DNA of 57,406 nucleotides, the filler included, from Platydemus manokwari (lineage: Eukaryota): assembly GCA_037951405.1 (NCBI GenBank). It is 5 parts of 5 records of this genome, joined end to end, with 100 filler letters (N's around TTAATTAATTAA, not from the genome) between each part and the next. Parts side by side here need not be neighbours in the genome. Positions count along the whole stretch, not along the records: positions 1 to 12,128 come from JBBMOY010294448.1; positions 12,229 to 21,880 come from JBBMOY011222209.1; 3 more parts are not named here. One strand, given 5' to 3'. The notes beneath the pieces were generated by a model, which saw only the letters and a program-made list of their open reading frames with translations, ran no database searches and was not told where the DNA came from. This document shows positions 1 through 13,379 of the stretch, one piece after another (within the stretch, counting starts at the first letter, position 1; each line of letters opens with the position of its first letter). The position numbers and the translations under genes were made by a program.

Positions 1-232
1 CTAATGTTAAAAAAGGGGTCTTCGCTAATTTTCAATAAATTGCAATTCTACCTACTTTTATCCGTTTATCAAATAATCAAATTTTAACATATTTTGAAGC
101 CCTACTCTATTTAATATTTGATTTCAAACAATTAACATTCTTCTTAAGTACTTAAATAAAAAATTGAAAATGTTTTTAAAGAATATAATTAAATTTAAAA
201 TTTCATTTTAAGACCCTTTATTTTAACTTTAG
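1..232. mobile_element. MITE-like element with ~21-22 bp terminal inverted repeats (may extend upstream of the window)
   Basis: 1-21 ctaatgttaaaaaaggggtct is near-complementary to 211-232 agaccctttattttaactttag. A diverged copy of the left ~55 bp recurs at 21995-22050. Confidence 0.5.
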
Positions 233-2140
233 CCAAAATGTTTTTGATATTAGACGATCTCAAGATTCATATTTGTTGAATTCTGGAATGCTTGTGAAAA
301 ACATGTACAGTGTTCTACTAAAAACAAAACGAAATTATAGAATGTGACTGTAATTTATAATGAAATAATTATTATCATATCCAGGCAGTGAAAACACGAC
401 ATAATTTATCATGTGATTCGTCTACGATACGTTGTTGTATATGCATTGCATGATAAAATTAACTCTCGGACCCATGGTTCATGTAAATTATTAAAAAAAA
501 ACGTAGCGTGTTGTAAGTTGGATGTTTTCAATTTTAATATTGTGACAATAAATTTTGATATGCTGTGTCAAAGTCCAATACGATTTCTTATCTCCATGAT
601 TAGATGGTCAATTTATATAATTATATTTTTATAGGTCAAGTTTCGCTTAATATTGATTCATATTTCCAACAGTAGCATTGATTTCCAATTTTCAATTCGA
701 ATATTTTTTGTTTGATAATTGTTTATAATAATTATTTGATGAGTTTATTACACGACAATAATGATGTCAAAAGTATTAGATGAAAGTCTAAGTATTTTAT
801 TTTCAATGAATCGATATTTCGAAGCAAAGTATTTATTAAGATTAATCAGGGTCAGTATTTTTAACATAATATTATAAACAATATGACCATGACATCTAAG
901 GCTTATGTTAACTATAACTATGAAAATGAATAAAATAAGATATTTGATTTACGTGTGAAAGAGTTATAATTATTTTAAAATTAAAATCTCAATAATTATA
1001 ATGAGTTAGTGATAAGAGAAATTTGTATTTGAATTTATAAATAAAAGCTTTTTGTTATTATTATTATTATTATTATTATTTAATCGATAACAGACTAATT
1101 TTTTCCTTGTTTTTCAATCAAATAACCAAATTATAGAAACTAGACGATGAAACTTCCAGTTAAATGATACTAAAATTATAATTTAACTTGATGAGAGATA
1201 TTTTGTCAGTAATGTGTTTAAAATAAATGTGTGTTAAAACAAGTATTGATTTGAACACGAGTTCAACTTTACTTTTTTGGTTTATATTTCAAGTACATTT
1301 TTAAATCCAATTATTTGTGAAATGATTTATAAATAAAATACAGAAAGGCAAACAAATCTGTTGAATTTGTGTTGAATTTAAATTCAATTCTAAATCACAG
1401 TACATGTCGTGTAGTAGAAACAAATTCGTTCAATAATATTTTATGTTAAAATAATTGTATGGATTGAAAAGTTAAAGTTTAGATTGTTATTTTTGTTCAT
1501 AATATCTAGTTCTATTTGTTTTCGATTTTGAGTGAATGAATGAAATTTATTAAATAGAAAGATAAAAAATAATATTACAATCACTACTTACCGAACGTCA
1601 TATTCGTTTAAAATTTCACCGAAATATATCTTATTAATTAAGTGATAGATTAGTCAGCATCTTTGATGCCGGAAGAGGTTTTATCCATCAGAGCAATTAT
1701 ATAATAACAACTTACACCATTTATAACGAAAACATATTTATGTTTATCGAAATAAGAATTTTTAATCTAGAGTTTCATGTGGTCTTAAAATGTTGAACCT
1801 TTTTACAGAGGAATCGTAGGAAAATTTGAGAAGAGATAATAATAAAATGAAAATATTATTACTAATGTGATTTTTAAAATAATTATTAAGTTGACAATTA
1901 TTAGATTTCGTACAATTTTTATTTATCATATAATATTACAAAGATTAGGCAGAATAAAAAAGATTTTATCAATATATATCTTATATTTATTTTTGAAATA
2001 TATTTCATTATTTGACAACTATTGTGTTGTTTAATGATATAAATTTTCAATATCTCTCCTTTATATATTATATTAATTTTTTATAATAATAATTTTCTTC
2101 TTTATGTTATAATAATTTTAATTTTTTTTTCTTTTTTCAG

Positions 2141-3101
2141 CAAGAGTTGCTAATGGGTCATCCAGTATTGGTTTCCGGTTGTCATAAAACTATGGATTTG
2201 TCACTCTGGTCGCCTGAAAAGTTTCTTGAAGAATTTGAATTAGAACATGCCACACTTGTTGATTGTGAAACAGGATTTCCGGTACAGAAAGGAACAATGA
2301 AAGCTTTCTGGGAAGGATTCGAATGTGTCAGCAGTTAGTTTATGACTTAATATTTTATTTTGTTTATACTTTATAATTTTAAAAGAACGGATATCGTCTA
2401 CAGAATCTGGGTCAAAGCCTGCCTGTCTCAAATTGAAAGATTGGCCTCCATCTGATGATTTTAATGATGTTTTACCTCAACGATGTAAAGATATCTTAAA
2501 TAATTTGCCGATCAAACAATATACCGGTCGTCAAGGCGAATTAAATTTAGCTGGCCATTTACCTGAATTTTTTGTTCGACCAGATTTGGGACCGAAATTG
2601 TATAATGCATACGGTATGCCTCGCGAATCAAAAGTAATGACTGAATCTAATAGATATTGAATAGCTAACTTAACTTGAAAATTAAGCTCGGAACAACTAA
2701 TCTTCATTTGGACATAGCAGATGCAGTGAATGTCATGCTTTACGTAGGCATACCAAAAGATACAATGGAATCGGAAATTCAAAATGTATACGCTAGCATG
2801 AAAGAAGCCATGGTTGATGACAGTGTTTTAAAAAGAGCAGAAACAGAACTACCTGGAGCATTGTGGCATATATTTTTATCCAAGGACGTTCCGAAATTGA
2901 GACAGTTTTTATATGATGTTCTAGCTGAACAAGGGGAAGTGATTGATTCAAATCAAGATCCTATTCATGATCAGCAGTTTTATCTTGATCAAAATTTGCT
3001 TAACCGGTTCAAAAGAGAATATAACGTAGAAGGGTGCGCCATTGTTCAATTTCGTGGAGATGCTATATTTATTCCAGCTGGATCCCCTCATCAAGTACGG
3101 C

Positions 3102-3183
<82 letters not shown>

Positions 3184-4071
3184 AAATGATTCTCTATTTA
3201 TGTTTGAAAGATATAGTTAATAAAATTTTATCCTGTTGTTATCATTCTTTTATTATGGGATTCAAACAAAAGACCCTGAAGCAAAGATAAATCATCTTCA
3301 CTGCTTAGAAATCAAGAATTATTATAATAATTGTGAGGATTTTAAAATTAATTAAAATTAAAAATCAGAATTTATATTAAAAGGATAAACTATCAATTTT
3401 TATTTGTCAAAATAATTTGGTTAAATATGCTTTCAATACGTGCTTTATAATATTAGTGTTATTCTTTTATTAAGTTCATTGGGGGTAAGAGTATTAAAAT
3501 TGTTATTTCAAATTGATCGTTTGCAGTGAATATAAGAAGAATTTCTTAAATAAATTTTAAATCAAATAATAAATCAAAAAATAATCAAAATCGAAATAGA
3601 TTAACCGGGTATTACAAATTGTAATGAAATATTTATTTACTGTAAAAATAATTTTTAAATTCTATTTAGGTTCGAAATTTACATAGCTGCATGAAAGTCG
3701 CAAATGACTTTGTTTCACCTGAAAATATTCTTCAATGTCTTCAAGTGACAAAGGAGTTCAGAAAGTTATCGCCAACTCATGCGAATCATGAAGACAAATT
3801 GCAAGCTAAAAATATGATTTTCCATGCCATGAAAGATGCAGTTGCTACTTTGATAATGAAAAATAGTCAGTATCCTGTGGACATGTTCACAAAACACTTG
3901 AATTCTTCTCACAGAAAACGAAAAAACAGTCAATTAGACGACGAGAAAGGAACGTTTCCAGTGGTGCCGGTGAAACAAGAATATAAATGTCCAACAAATA
4001 TCATTTTGCCTAATAATAACAATAATTGCCTGGATGATGAATCGATTGGTATTTTAGATAATGGGAAATAA
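2141..4071 (+). CDS. KDM3: JmjC-domain H3K9 demethylase, KDM3/JMJD1 family, 3' portion; exons 2141-2333, 2386-2633, 2687-3094, 3670-4071
   Basis: Motifs [98 protein letters not shown] introns of 52, 53 and 575 bp join in frame. The Fe-binding HxD...H is intact. N-terminal exons were not identified in the window. Confidence 0.93.
3104..3180. repeat. (TTA)n microsatellite in the third visible KDM3 intron
   Basis: About 25 tandem TTA units just after the 3095 donor; explains the poly-Leu and poly-Tyr ORF artefacts. Confidence 0.97.
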
Positions 4072-7000
4072 ATTTGTACAAAAAAAATAATCATAAATTT
4101 CGAAAGTGATTCAATGTTATTCAATGTTAATGTACACCGCTTATGAAGATTGTTAATCAAATAGCTGACAAATTTTGTATGTGTGACTTCAGATGATATT
4201 ATTTATGATAACAACAAATTATCATTGTAAATTGTTATGTAAGATATATTTGTATACAACTTAAATACTCCTCTTCATTCATTATCACGTGATTTAATCG
4301 AATGGTTTAATTCCAATGCCAGACAACTAGCATTTCAATGCAATCGTGTTTATAAATATAATTTATTTCGATAAACTTACAATGCAATTTAGATAGTTAT
4401 GATTTGTGTGTATATTTGTGTGTTTAATTGACCTATTTAGATATTAATTCTAGTCATTTGACATTATCGATTGTTTGCAGTCAACATTTACTCTTCAGTG
4501 CAATAAATTTCTTCCAATAAATTGAATGCCAGGTTGTTTGTCTGTAGTTGAAGAAAATTATTTAACTTTCTAAAAGTTTTTGTTTCGATTGCAAAATCAT
4601 AATAGACACGTGCGTGGAATGTGTGTTGGTTTGTAAAATTTGGGAATCGGTTCCTATTGGTTAATTCCATAAGGCGAGGTAATGAAACCTTGGTGACAAA
4701 CAATTTCAAAATGAAGTTTATTGCTCTGTGAAATGTGAATAGATTATTTTGTTTGGTGGATATTTATAGATCGAAACATAATAAATATTTGAGAATGTAA
4801 ATAACTTTCTGAGCAATAAAGGATATAATGAATAATTGATAAATATTTTATTTAGGAATTTTAGTTACTTATTTTGAGACAAGCTATCACTATTTAACAA
4901 ACAATTGCATGAATATATTATGGTTATAGAATAACACTAATTGGTCATCAAAGTATGAATAATTTGTGATATGGTAAAGTTATTGCAAGTGTATTACTTT
5001 CTACCGCCTGTCATTAAAATTATATTTGATCTTGTAATTATTAGATACTTCATTTTATATTTTCTTTCATAAAAATCACTCTCATATTTCGAAAGCCTTT
5101 TATAATCTTTAATATAAACATAAATATATTCCTAGAGATAGTTGAATTTTATATGTAATTATATGTAAAGAACTTTGAACTGATTTAGTACTTTGACTAT
5201 ATTGAATATATTTTCAAAAATGTAGAAGAATCACGCGAGTCAAGTGGCCTTTAATCAATAAAATGTTTAGGTGAAAAAAGTACAATTTTATCTAAGTTTT
5301 TGTTATTGAAGTCTCTAATAACAAGTTATTGAACTCATAATTATATCAATGTATAAACAGAATATTTTTCAAACTATAAACTTATTTGAGTGCAACATTT
5401 TTTTGTCTTTCTCTCAAGTTCGATTATGTTTACTAGTTTTCATAATGTAGGCAAATGTGGTGCTAAAACAAACATTTTTATACTTAATTTTATCTGTAAG
5501 CTGATATCGAGCTATTTGTTGGAATTGAAAGATTTTATTACTAACCAATAATGGTTTTGAATATGAAAATGGTGGCACGATTTTTTAGTTGATGATTTTC
5601 ACGAAATCATTTTTACAAGGACAAACAATGATTGTCAGCGTTTGGTTAGCTTTGATATTAACAACGTATAGATGATATGATAAATGACAAAAGTACAGAA
5701 GTATGGTTTATCAATTATGAAAATTACGACTTTACTCGTAAACATAACGTCACTGATGTAGGTTTACATTCAGAAGAAATTATGGGAAAATCGTAAAGCT
5801 TTAATTACAATTAGTAACAAATAGACATAATTTTAAATAATATGAAATTAGTATTGTTGATTAAAATTATTAGTCAAAAGGCTAAATGTTTCATTTTCAG
5901 TTAATCGATATTTCAATCTAAGTCTATAAATATGAGGATGATAAAATTTTAAATATATTATGCTGTGGTAGAGTGTGATTTTGGTAAAAAAAATTGTTAC
6001 AATTTAATATTGGTTTGAACATACAAGTTGGACTTAGCTCAGGACTTAATAAACGAGATAACTGTAACCCAGAGAATTGAACAGCAAAAGAAGAAAAACA
6101 ATTGCGCTATCTAATGTCAGATATAATCAAGATTACTCTTTGAAAATCTGCGAGAGAAATAGACGGAGAGAAATTATTTAGGAAAGTTATAACTACTTGC
6201 ATTACTAATCTACCTGTTGGGTTTACTGGCAGTATAGATTTCATACAAGATGGATCAGAATAAATTGAAAGCTATTTGATAATTAATATAATTGGTTTAC
6301 GCTATTCTTTAGATTCATAAATATATCGAGTTCAAAATTATTTTTATCAACAATATTAATACATCCAAAATGTATCAATAAAAGGTATATGTATAATCAT
6401 GAATAATATAAAAAGTAGATATATAAATAAATAATAAGATCAATAATTCAATTAGTAAAATGTGTCATAAGATTTATTAAAATACAAGTTTGGTTCATTT
6501 TTCTAGGATAGATTTTGACCTGGTTATGTCTGTAAGAGACCTATTTAATAAATAGTTTGTAGGTGGTTAGGTCTAATGGTACTGTAACTACGAAAATCGG
6601 GTGATAATTTATAGATAAGTTTATCAATTATTTATGCTTCAGTTGACCAGGATTCAATCTGAAGTTTCTATATTATAGATAAATTTTAACGATATAAATT
6701 TACTTTACAATAAATAAAAGGAAAGAATTCGTGGCTCTTTTGATATAAGAAATTCTTTTTAATAAAATATACAGATTAAACAATTGTAAGTCTAATAAAT
6801 GATTTTTTCGCCATGGATTTTGTAATAAACGATTGTTACGGTATAGCAATGGTCCGTTTATCAAAAATAATCTTAAGTTGATAATTCTTCAATGACAATA
6901 ATAGTTTGTTAGCTTCAATTTCTCAATTTTCGTAGTTGATGAATTTTTAAGAAACGAACAAGGCCAGTCGAATTTGTTCTAACATACCACCAACATAAAC

Positions 7001-10000
7001 TTTAATTGGTTTATTTTTTGTGAATAAATACATATTTACCTTCAAATGTACCTGTTTGGCTGTAATGTGCTCAACGCATATTTGCCATCTTAGTCGTTAA
7101 TCATGAGGGCGGTATGGTTTACGTTCAAGAGAGGATCGGATTGGTAGGTAGATCCTACTTGGGTTGACTGTAGTTTTGCATTCGGTTGTCTGAAAAATAA
7201 AAACTAATTATTATAATATGAAAAAGATGAATATTGTTTGGAAACAACATTATGGCAGGCCATAAAATTTTATATAAGTACATGATTATGTAAATAAGAA
7301 TAATTATTTTAGGCGTTTATTATGTTGCCTCCAGGTCCTGGGATCACTAATAACTTACTTTAATCACTCAAACTGGTTTTTTAGCATCTGTATGGATTCA
7401 GATTCTTCATATACTTGTGGTGGTTCATAGCTGGTTTGGTTATTCTGATGGATGATTTTCCCCTTCCCTTCTTTTTATCCTTTTCCACATTTCTGGTTCT
7501 AATGACCAACACGATTGAATTGTAGTGACATTTCCAGCCCTAGCGATGGTGGTATTTGTTATAAAAATAGATGATAGTGTGTTAGTTAATTCCTCAGTAA
7601 AAGTCATTTTCAGAATAATATTTCTACTTGGGAATGCTGTTGTGAACCTTGAATTCGTAGGCTAGTCTTTTAATACATCACTCCTGAGTCGAATAAGTAA
7701 TGTTGCAGTTTGATCGTATAGGTACGAATCACGATTATGCTTGTACTAAATTTGCTCCCTGTCAGAGAGAGAATAGGTTATAATTCCAATAGCCATCAAT
7801 TATTGATCCTAAAATCTGGTTGAAAATACTCGGTTCCTTGGTAATGGTGTTGACTGTGTCATTATGATATATAGTTACTGTCTTATTAAACGGTTTTAAT
7901 TGTGTTCGAACACCTTTAAAATCGGTAGCACTGCTAGAGTATGGGTTGACGAATTATTAATCGTAAGATTTACGTTTGGCTTTAGAACCTCGAACAATAT
8001 GAGCGATTTTGCCTGATTAAGACTGTACTATAATAATACTGCTAGTCTGTGTGTGCAGCAATTAACAACCAGAATTTATCTCAATCGAATATCCGCATTG
8101 GACATATTACAGATAGATGTTGCTCTACTTGAAGTTTTAACAACTTAAACAATTGGTGAGCCTGCTCTTATATTGTTGGCTTCTCATGGGTTTTATAAGA
8201 ATATTATGAATAAGAGAATGATAGATTTATAAATAGAAAATCAATAGACACCAATGAAAAATAATGAATACTTTTTAATAATAATTGTAATTAAATATAT
8301 GACAATTATAATTTAATATGACAATTTAACTGGGCAGCAACAATTTTAATTAATGAAACAATAACCCAAGCAAAAAATACATGGGCTTATTGTTCCTATA
8401 GTAATAATTTTGAATCTCCTACGCTTTAGCTGCAATAGTACCTTTTGTTACATTACTTACTGAGGGTTGGGCCTAAATGTGCCGGCAATCACTCTTGTTA
8501 AGATAAATTCACCTTGGTAGTTTAAATATAATTAATTGAAAGGTTGGATTGGGTCCCATTCACTTAAAATTAAGATAAAGACATAAAATCAGTAAGATAA
8601 TATTAATTAGAAAAGTCGTTTTAACCAATTGAAATTAATTGAATCAATATAGGTGATGAAATATTTCTTTATTTGTCAATTAACACACTTACTTCGCTTT
8701 CAATTAATTTATTTTTCTTTTAATAAGATTTGTTTCTTTCTTCTTAGTTTGTGGGTTGATTATGTGCAATAATGCGCAATGATTTTTTGTCTGAAATCGT
8801 TGTGAACGTTTTTCATAATCGATATAGTATGGTAATTATTAATGATACTTAGTCTTATAATAAAACATGGCAGAACTGTCATTCTTTCGGTGTATTTATA
8901 TATGTTATCTTTTTCTTTCTTCGGCTGTGTTTCTAATTTTGTATTTTATACATTGTATTTTTACAATTTATCATTTTCTGATACAATTTCTAGTTGTTTC
9001 TATTTCATCATTCCATTTGATATTTCATTATTGTTATTTCTATTTACAAATCTACATTTAGGTTTTTCCTAAAAAAATTTCTACCTATTATTATTTCAGT
9101 CTAGGATGGGGTCCGATAAACAACAATATCAAATACCGCGGAATATAAATTAATCAACTGATAATATTATTATAAACTATTACTAAAATGAAAAAGACCC
9201 CACAATGAAGATTTTTTTTGTAAATATAAGTAATGTTTTTGATTGATTACATATTATAATTATGAGCTAGAGTTCGAGCTCAAGTCAAAATTATTTTCCA
9301 TGTCATGATTATTCTGGAAAAATCAATACATAATTTGATCACATCTAAGTAGATTGCTTGCTACAATTCAAATTTCAATTATAATTTTAATAAATTTTCA
9401 TGAATCTTATTTTTATTACAAAGTTTTAATTATCTTACTTATTTTTATTAGATTATTTCTACTACAATGTCGAAACATCAAATATTATGAAAACAAAATC
9501 ATAAAAATAGAATGAATCCATCTTCAATAATTGTATATATCTATTCACAAAATGATAAAATACCACATAACGAATGAGAATTAAATTATTTCATAAAAAT
9601 CAACAGATATAATTTATGAAATTTATGTAAATTTATATAATTTCAACACAGCTATGTTCATGATATACTAGATTTTAATTGAATTCAAGAAATATTGATT
9701 ATAATAGATTAAATAACTGTTTAAACAAACTTCATTTTTAGATATTTTTTCTTTTTTATATGGGAATTAAATTCCGTAGTTGAAACTTTGTAATTAGGAA
9801 TCCAAGGTTTATTTATAACCAGGATATAATTAAATGAAACAAATAAATGAGATGACGCAAACTTTTAAATAATTTATATGAAACCTTTGTCTGAAAATCA
9901 GAAATGTAATGATTTCAATCCAAATTTGAATTTATCCAATCAAGTTATCACAAACAAAATTGTTAAGAAATATCTGATTAGTCATCTTTGAAATACGTTT

Positions 10001-10028
10001 GAATTCGAAACAAAGACATTGACATGTG

Positions 10029-10035
10029 TATAAAA
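10029..10035 (+). promoter_or_regulatory. Candidate TATA box of the secreted Asn-rich gene
   Basis: TATAAAA about 35-40 nt upstream of the first in-frame ATG (10068). Confidence 0.4.
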
Positions 10036-10067
10036 TACCATTTCATTTGCTGAACAATTTATTCACT

Positions 10068-12128
10068 ATGAATTTGAATTTATCTGTAAGCTTAAACTTG
10101 CTGTTGGTTATTTTTGTTTCAGCCAGACCTTGGTCTGGATTAATTCCAGTTAGAAATGATGGATACATTAATAGTCCAAGGGTGATTTCATCACTGGGCT
10201 ATAATATTGAAAATGTTAACAATGATCCATTAAACAGTATGGATAAGTTAAACATTAATACTTTAAAAACGAATGATCGTTTTCTAAATCATGTTGGAAG
10301 ATTATACAATGGATATGGTATTCGGAAATTAGGAATAGTAAGTCCAGCAAGTGAAAAATTAAGTATTATGAATGGATATTTCCCAAATAATGCGAGGATT
10401 TATAATCCTTACTCAGGGGTTTCAAGAATCCGAGTAAAAGATAAGTCTGGTATAGATCTACCGAATGAAAACTATGACATAATAAATCCTCAAATGAACG
10501 AAAAATATAATTCTCAAATATCAGAAGAAGATATTGCAAATACAATTCCTGAAATTGAATCAAATGGCTCTTTCTTTCCAGAAATTGAAGAAAATCTTAT
10601 AAGTGAAACTCCTGAAACAGAAATTGATTATACTCCTAGTGTTACGCAGATAGATAGAACTAATGAAAATAATATTCCTGAATCAGGGTTTAGTTTTGAT
10701 TCCATTGTTCCTCGAGATTTAACAATTTATGAACCTGATATTCGGGAAATGAAATCAAACTTTTTAAATGGTGGAATAAATAACAATGATGGAACTGAAA
10801 TTCAGAAAATCAGTTCAAGTTCAAACTTTCAATTTCCCCAATTTGGTATTACTTTTGCATCTGATGTTCCAAATTCTAACCAAGCATGTAAATCAAATAG
10901 TGCTCATATTGTTGAAGGATACATATCAAATTTATCTGGAGAAAATGAAAATCCTGAATTAATAATATTAAGAAAAATCGGTAAACAGAGATCGGCTTTA
11001 AGTGGATTAAACCCAACAGATAGAAATACGGCCTCAAACGTAGTCACCAGATATAATCTGAGAAGAAAAAATCTGTACCCCAATAATCTACGTGCAGCAA
11101 ATAATGGTTTAGGATTAGAAATACCCAGTAATTCATTTAACATAATGTCTAATAATTACCAACAAAATCCACGTCATATTAATAGAATAGCCTTACCAGA
11201 TGGGCTTTTACAAGTGAATAGAAATGTTTATGGATCAACAGATTATATTACTCCTTTCTATCGAAGATTTAATTCTTTAAATTCAAATCCTATGAGTAAT
11301 TCTCAAACACATGAAGGTAATCTACAGGGAGAAAATTATAATAACTTAAATCGTGATGTCAATATCCATACAGGAATCAGTAATAAGTTGAATTTTAATG
11401 ATCTAGGTTTATTACCCGGTTTAAATAGCAATAATAATATTGGTGATGATTTGGGCAGAATTAATAATATGGGATTAATAAGCCAAAATAACCATTTATT
11501 TCCGAATAAGCAGTTTAATACGAATAGCAGAAATGTTAGAGAATATAATTTATACGATATGGAACCTTATGTATCAGGTCTCAGTAATTCCTATGAGACA
11601 GACACTAATAGATTTTCTTCCAAACACGCCTTGAATAAAAATATATGGCCAGATAATACTAACACCAATCTTTTAAACAATGGATTGAATAGAAACAGTT
11701 TATCGCAAATTGATAATTTGTCAATGTTTGGGACTACAGTTTCAAATTCGATGCCTTTCATTGATAATGCCAATCAATTAAGCAATTCTGGAGTATTAGG
11801 ATTATCGATTGATATTAATAAAATGAATGATCCGAATCAAATATATCAATTACAAAAGTCAGAGTCACCAATACCAAATGTTTTCAATAAAAAAGCAAGT
11901 TCAAGATCTAATCAAAATTATAAAATTGATGATATCAGATCTTCAAAAGCTATAGTCGGAAACAAAATGAATCTTTATGATGATTTGATTAACTTCAAAA
12001 ATTTGAAATTGAGTGTTCCAAGAAGCGATGTGAATAAAGAAAATCCATTTATAACTAATCTGAATAATATTAAAACTGAAAAGTCAAAAGACATGAAAAA
12101 CATGTTACCACCTGCAAATATAATAAAT
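10068..12128 (+). CDS. Large Asn-rich, low-complexity, probably secreted protein of unknown family; 3' end lost in assembly gap
   Basis: Uninterrupted ORF >2 kb in very AT-rich DNA. Signal-peptide-like start MNLNLSVSLNLLLVIFVSA|RP, an acidic E/T/P-rich segment, a single Cys, no recognisable domain. Confidence 0.8.
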
Positions 12129-12228
12129 NNNNNNNNNNNNNNNNNNNNNNNNNNNNNNNNNNNNNNNNNNNNTTAATTAATTAANNNNNNNNNNNNNNNN
12201 NNNNNNNNNNNNNNNNNNNNNNNNNNNN
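12129..12228. other. Assembly gap spacer (N44-TTAATTAATTAA-N44)
   Basis: Exactly 100 bp with a six-frame stop linker; identical at four places in the window. Confidence 0.98.
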
Positions 12229-12529
12229 CTCATTAAAGAAATTACCAATAAACTTTTTACGTTGGTTAAATGAATGAAAAATTGGGAAAATTGGTAATAT
12301 TTTAAATTTAAATTGATAGCTAGAAATTAAAATTATTACTTTAATTACTTATTTATTAAAATTGACTTCTATTTATTAAAGCTAGGTAGGAATTAATAAA
12401 TTAAATAAATATTTTCATAAACGTAAAACCAAAACGAAAACTAAAATTTATTAAATTAAAAATATGAATAATATAGACATAGGTTTTATGATGACTTTAT
12501 GAGAGTATCTGCGAGTTAAAGATAACAAA

Positions 12530-13000
12530 CTCTCACAAAATCTGATTGTTTGCGATGGTTAAGAATACTAAAGATTCGGTATAATTATAATATGGGTTGA
12601 ATTATAAATACCAAAAAATTAGTTTATGATAACAAATTATATATTTCCAAAATAGAATAAAGTACAGTATTTTAATTTATTAAAGATTATTCGGATCTTT
12701 AAATGGATAAGAATTCGAGTTTTTGCATTAGATTGTCAGAATGTCCACGAATAACAAGCTGGGAGACTAGATAATGTGAAGAGTAACTTAATAAATTTAA
12801 ATATTCTAAATGGCCAGCAGACATAACATATGAAGACAGATTAGTTAAGTTAGGAAATTCAATACCTTAACAAACATCATTATTAATGTCAATTAATATA
12901 TAAAAATAAATAAAATTGACGTTATTCAAATCATTTCACACAATAAGGCTTGTTACAAATATTCAAGAGTCATGTATTTCGCTTCCTGGTAGACGTATTA
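12530..13000 (+). mobile_element. Heavily decayed CR1-like LINE reverse transcriptase remnant
   Basis: ITYEDRLVKLG (~12823-12855) resembles the CR1 ORF2 C-terminal YEERL-x-x-LG motif; an LFAD-like remnant lies near 12547. Many stops. Confidence 0.35.
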
Positions 13001-13379
13001 CTACTCTATTTATGAGATAATCAATTTGTAAAACACGAAGTATAATATACACTCAAATTAACTAAAAAGTTATTTAATTTAGATTATTTAATACAATTTA
13101 ACTCAATCAAGATTCTAGCATTATGTCGTGGCTATCTCTTTGTGTGCAAGAGTGTTTTTCGTACAATACATATTTTAGACATAGATTCTCTGATAAGTTA
13201 ATTGAAATAAGCCTGCTTTATTCAAGAGATTTTAATCTGTATTAATAAAAATGCAAATCAAAATCGAAAAACTCCTAAGATTTTTCACCGAAAATTTTGC
13301 AATTTTGATACAACGTTGCATTAGAATCCAGATATGCTTTTACATTTTTTGATTTAATTATTTCACGTTTTCTTAATTA

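Noticed and set aside
3042-3290. Poly-Tyr ORF and the poly-Leu tail of the 2675-3220 ORF
   Set aside because: These are translations of an intronic (TTA)n repeat; the true exon ends at 3094.
12173-12184. Recurrent TTAATTAATTAA motif as a biological repeat
   Set aside because: It is always centred in N runs, so it is an assembly linker.
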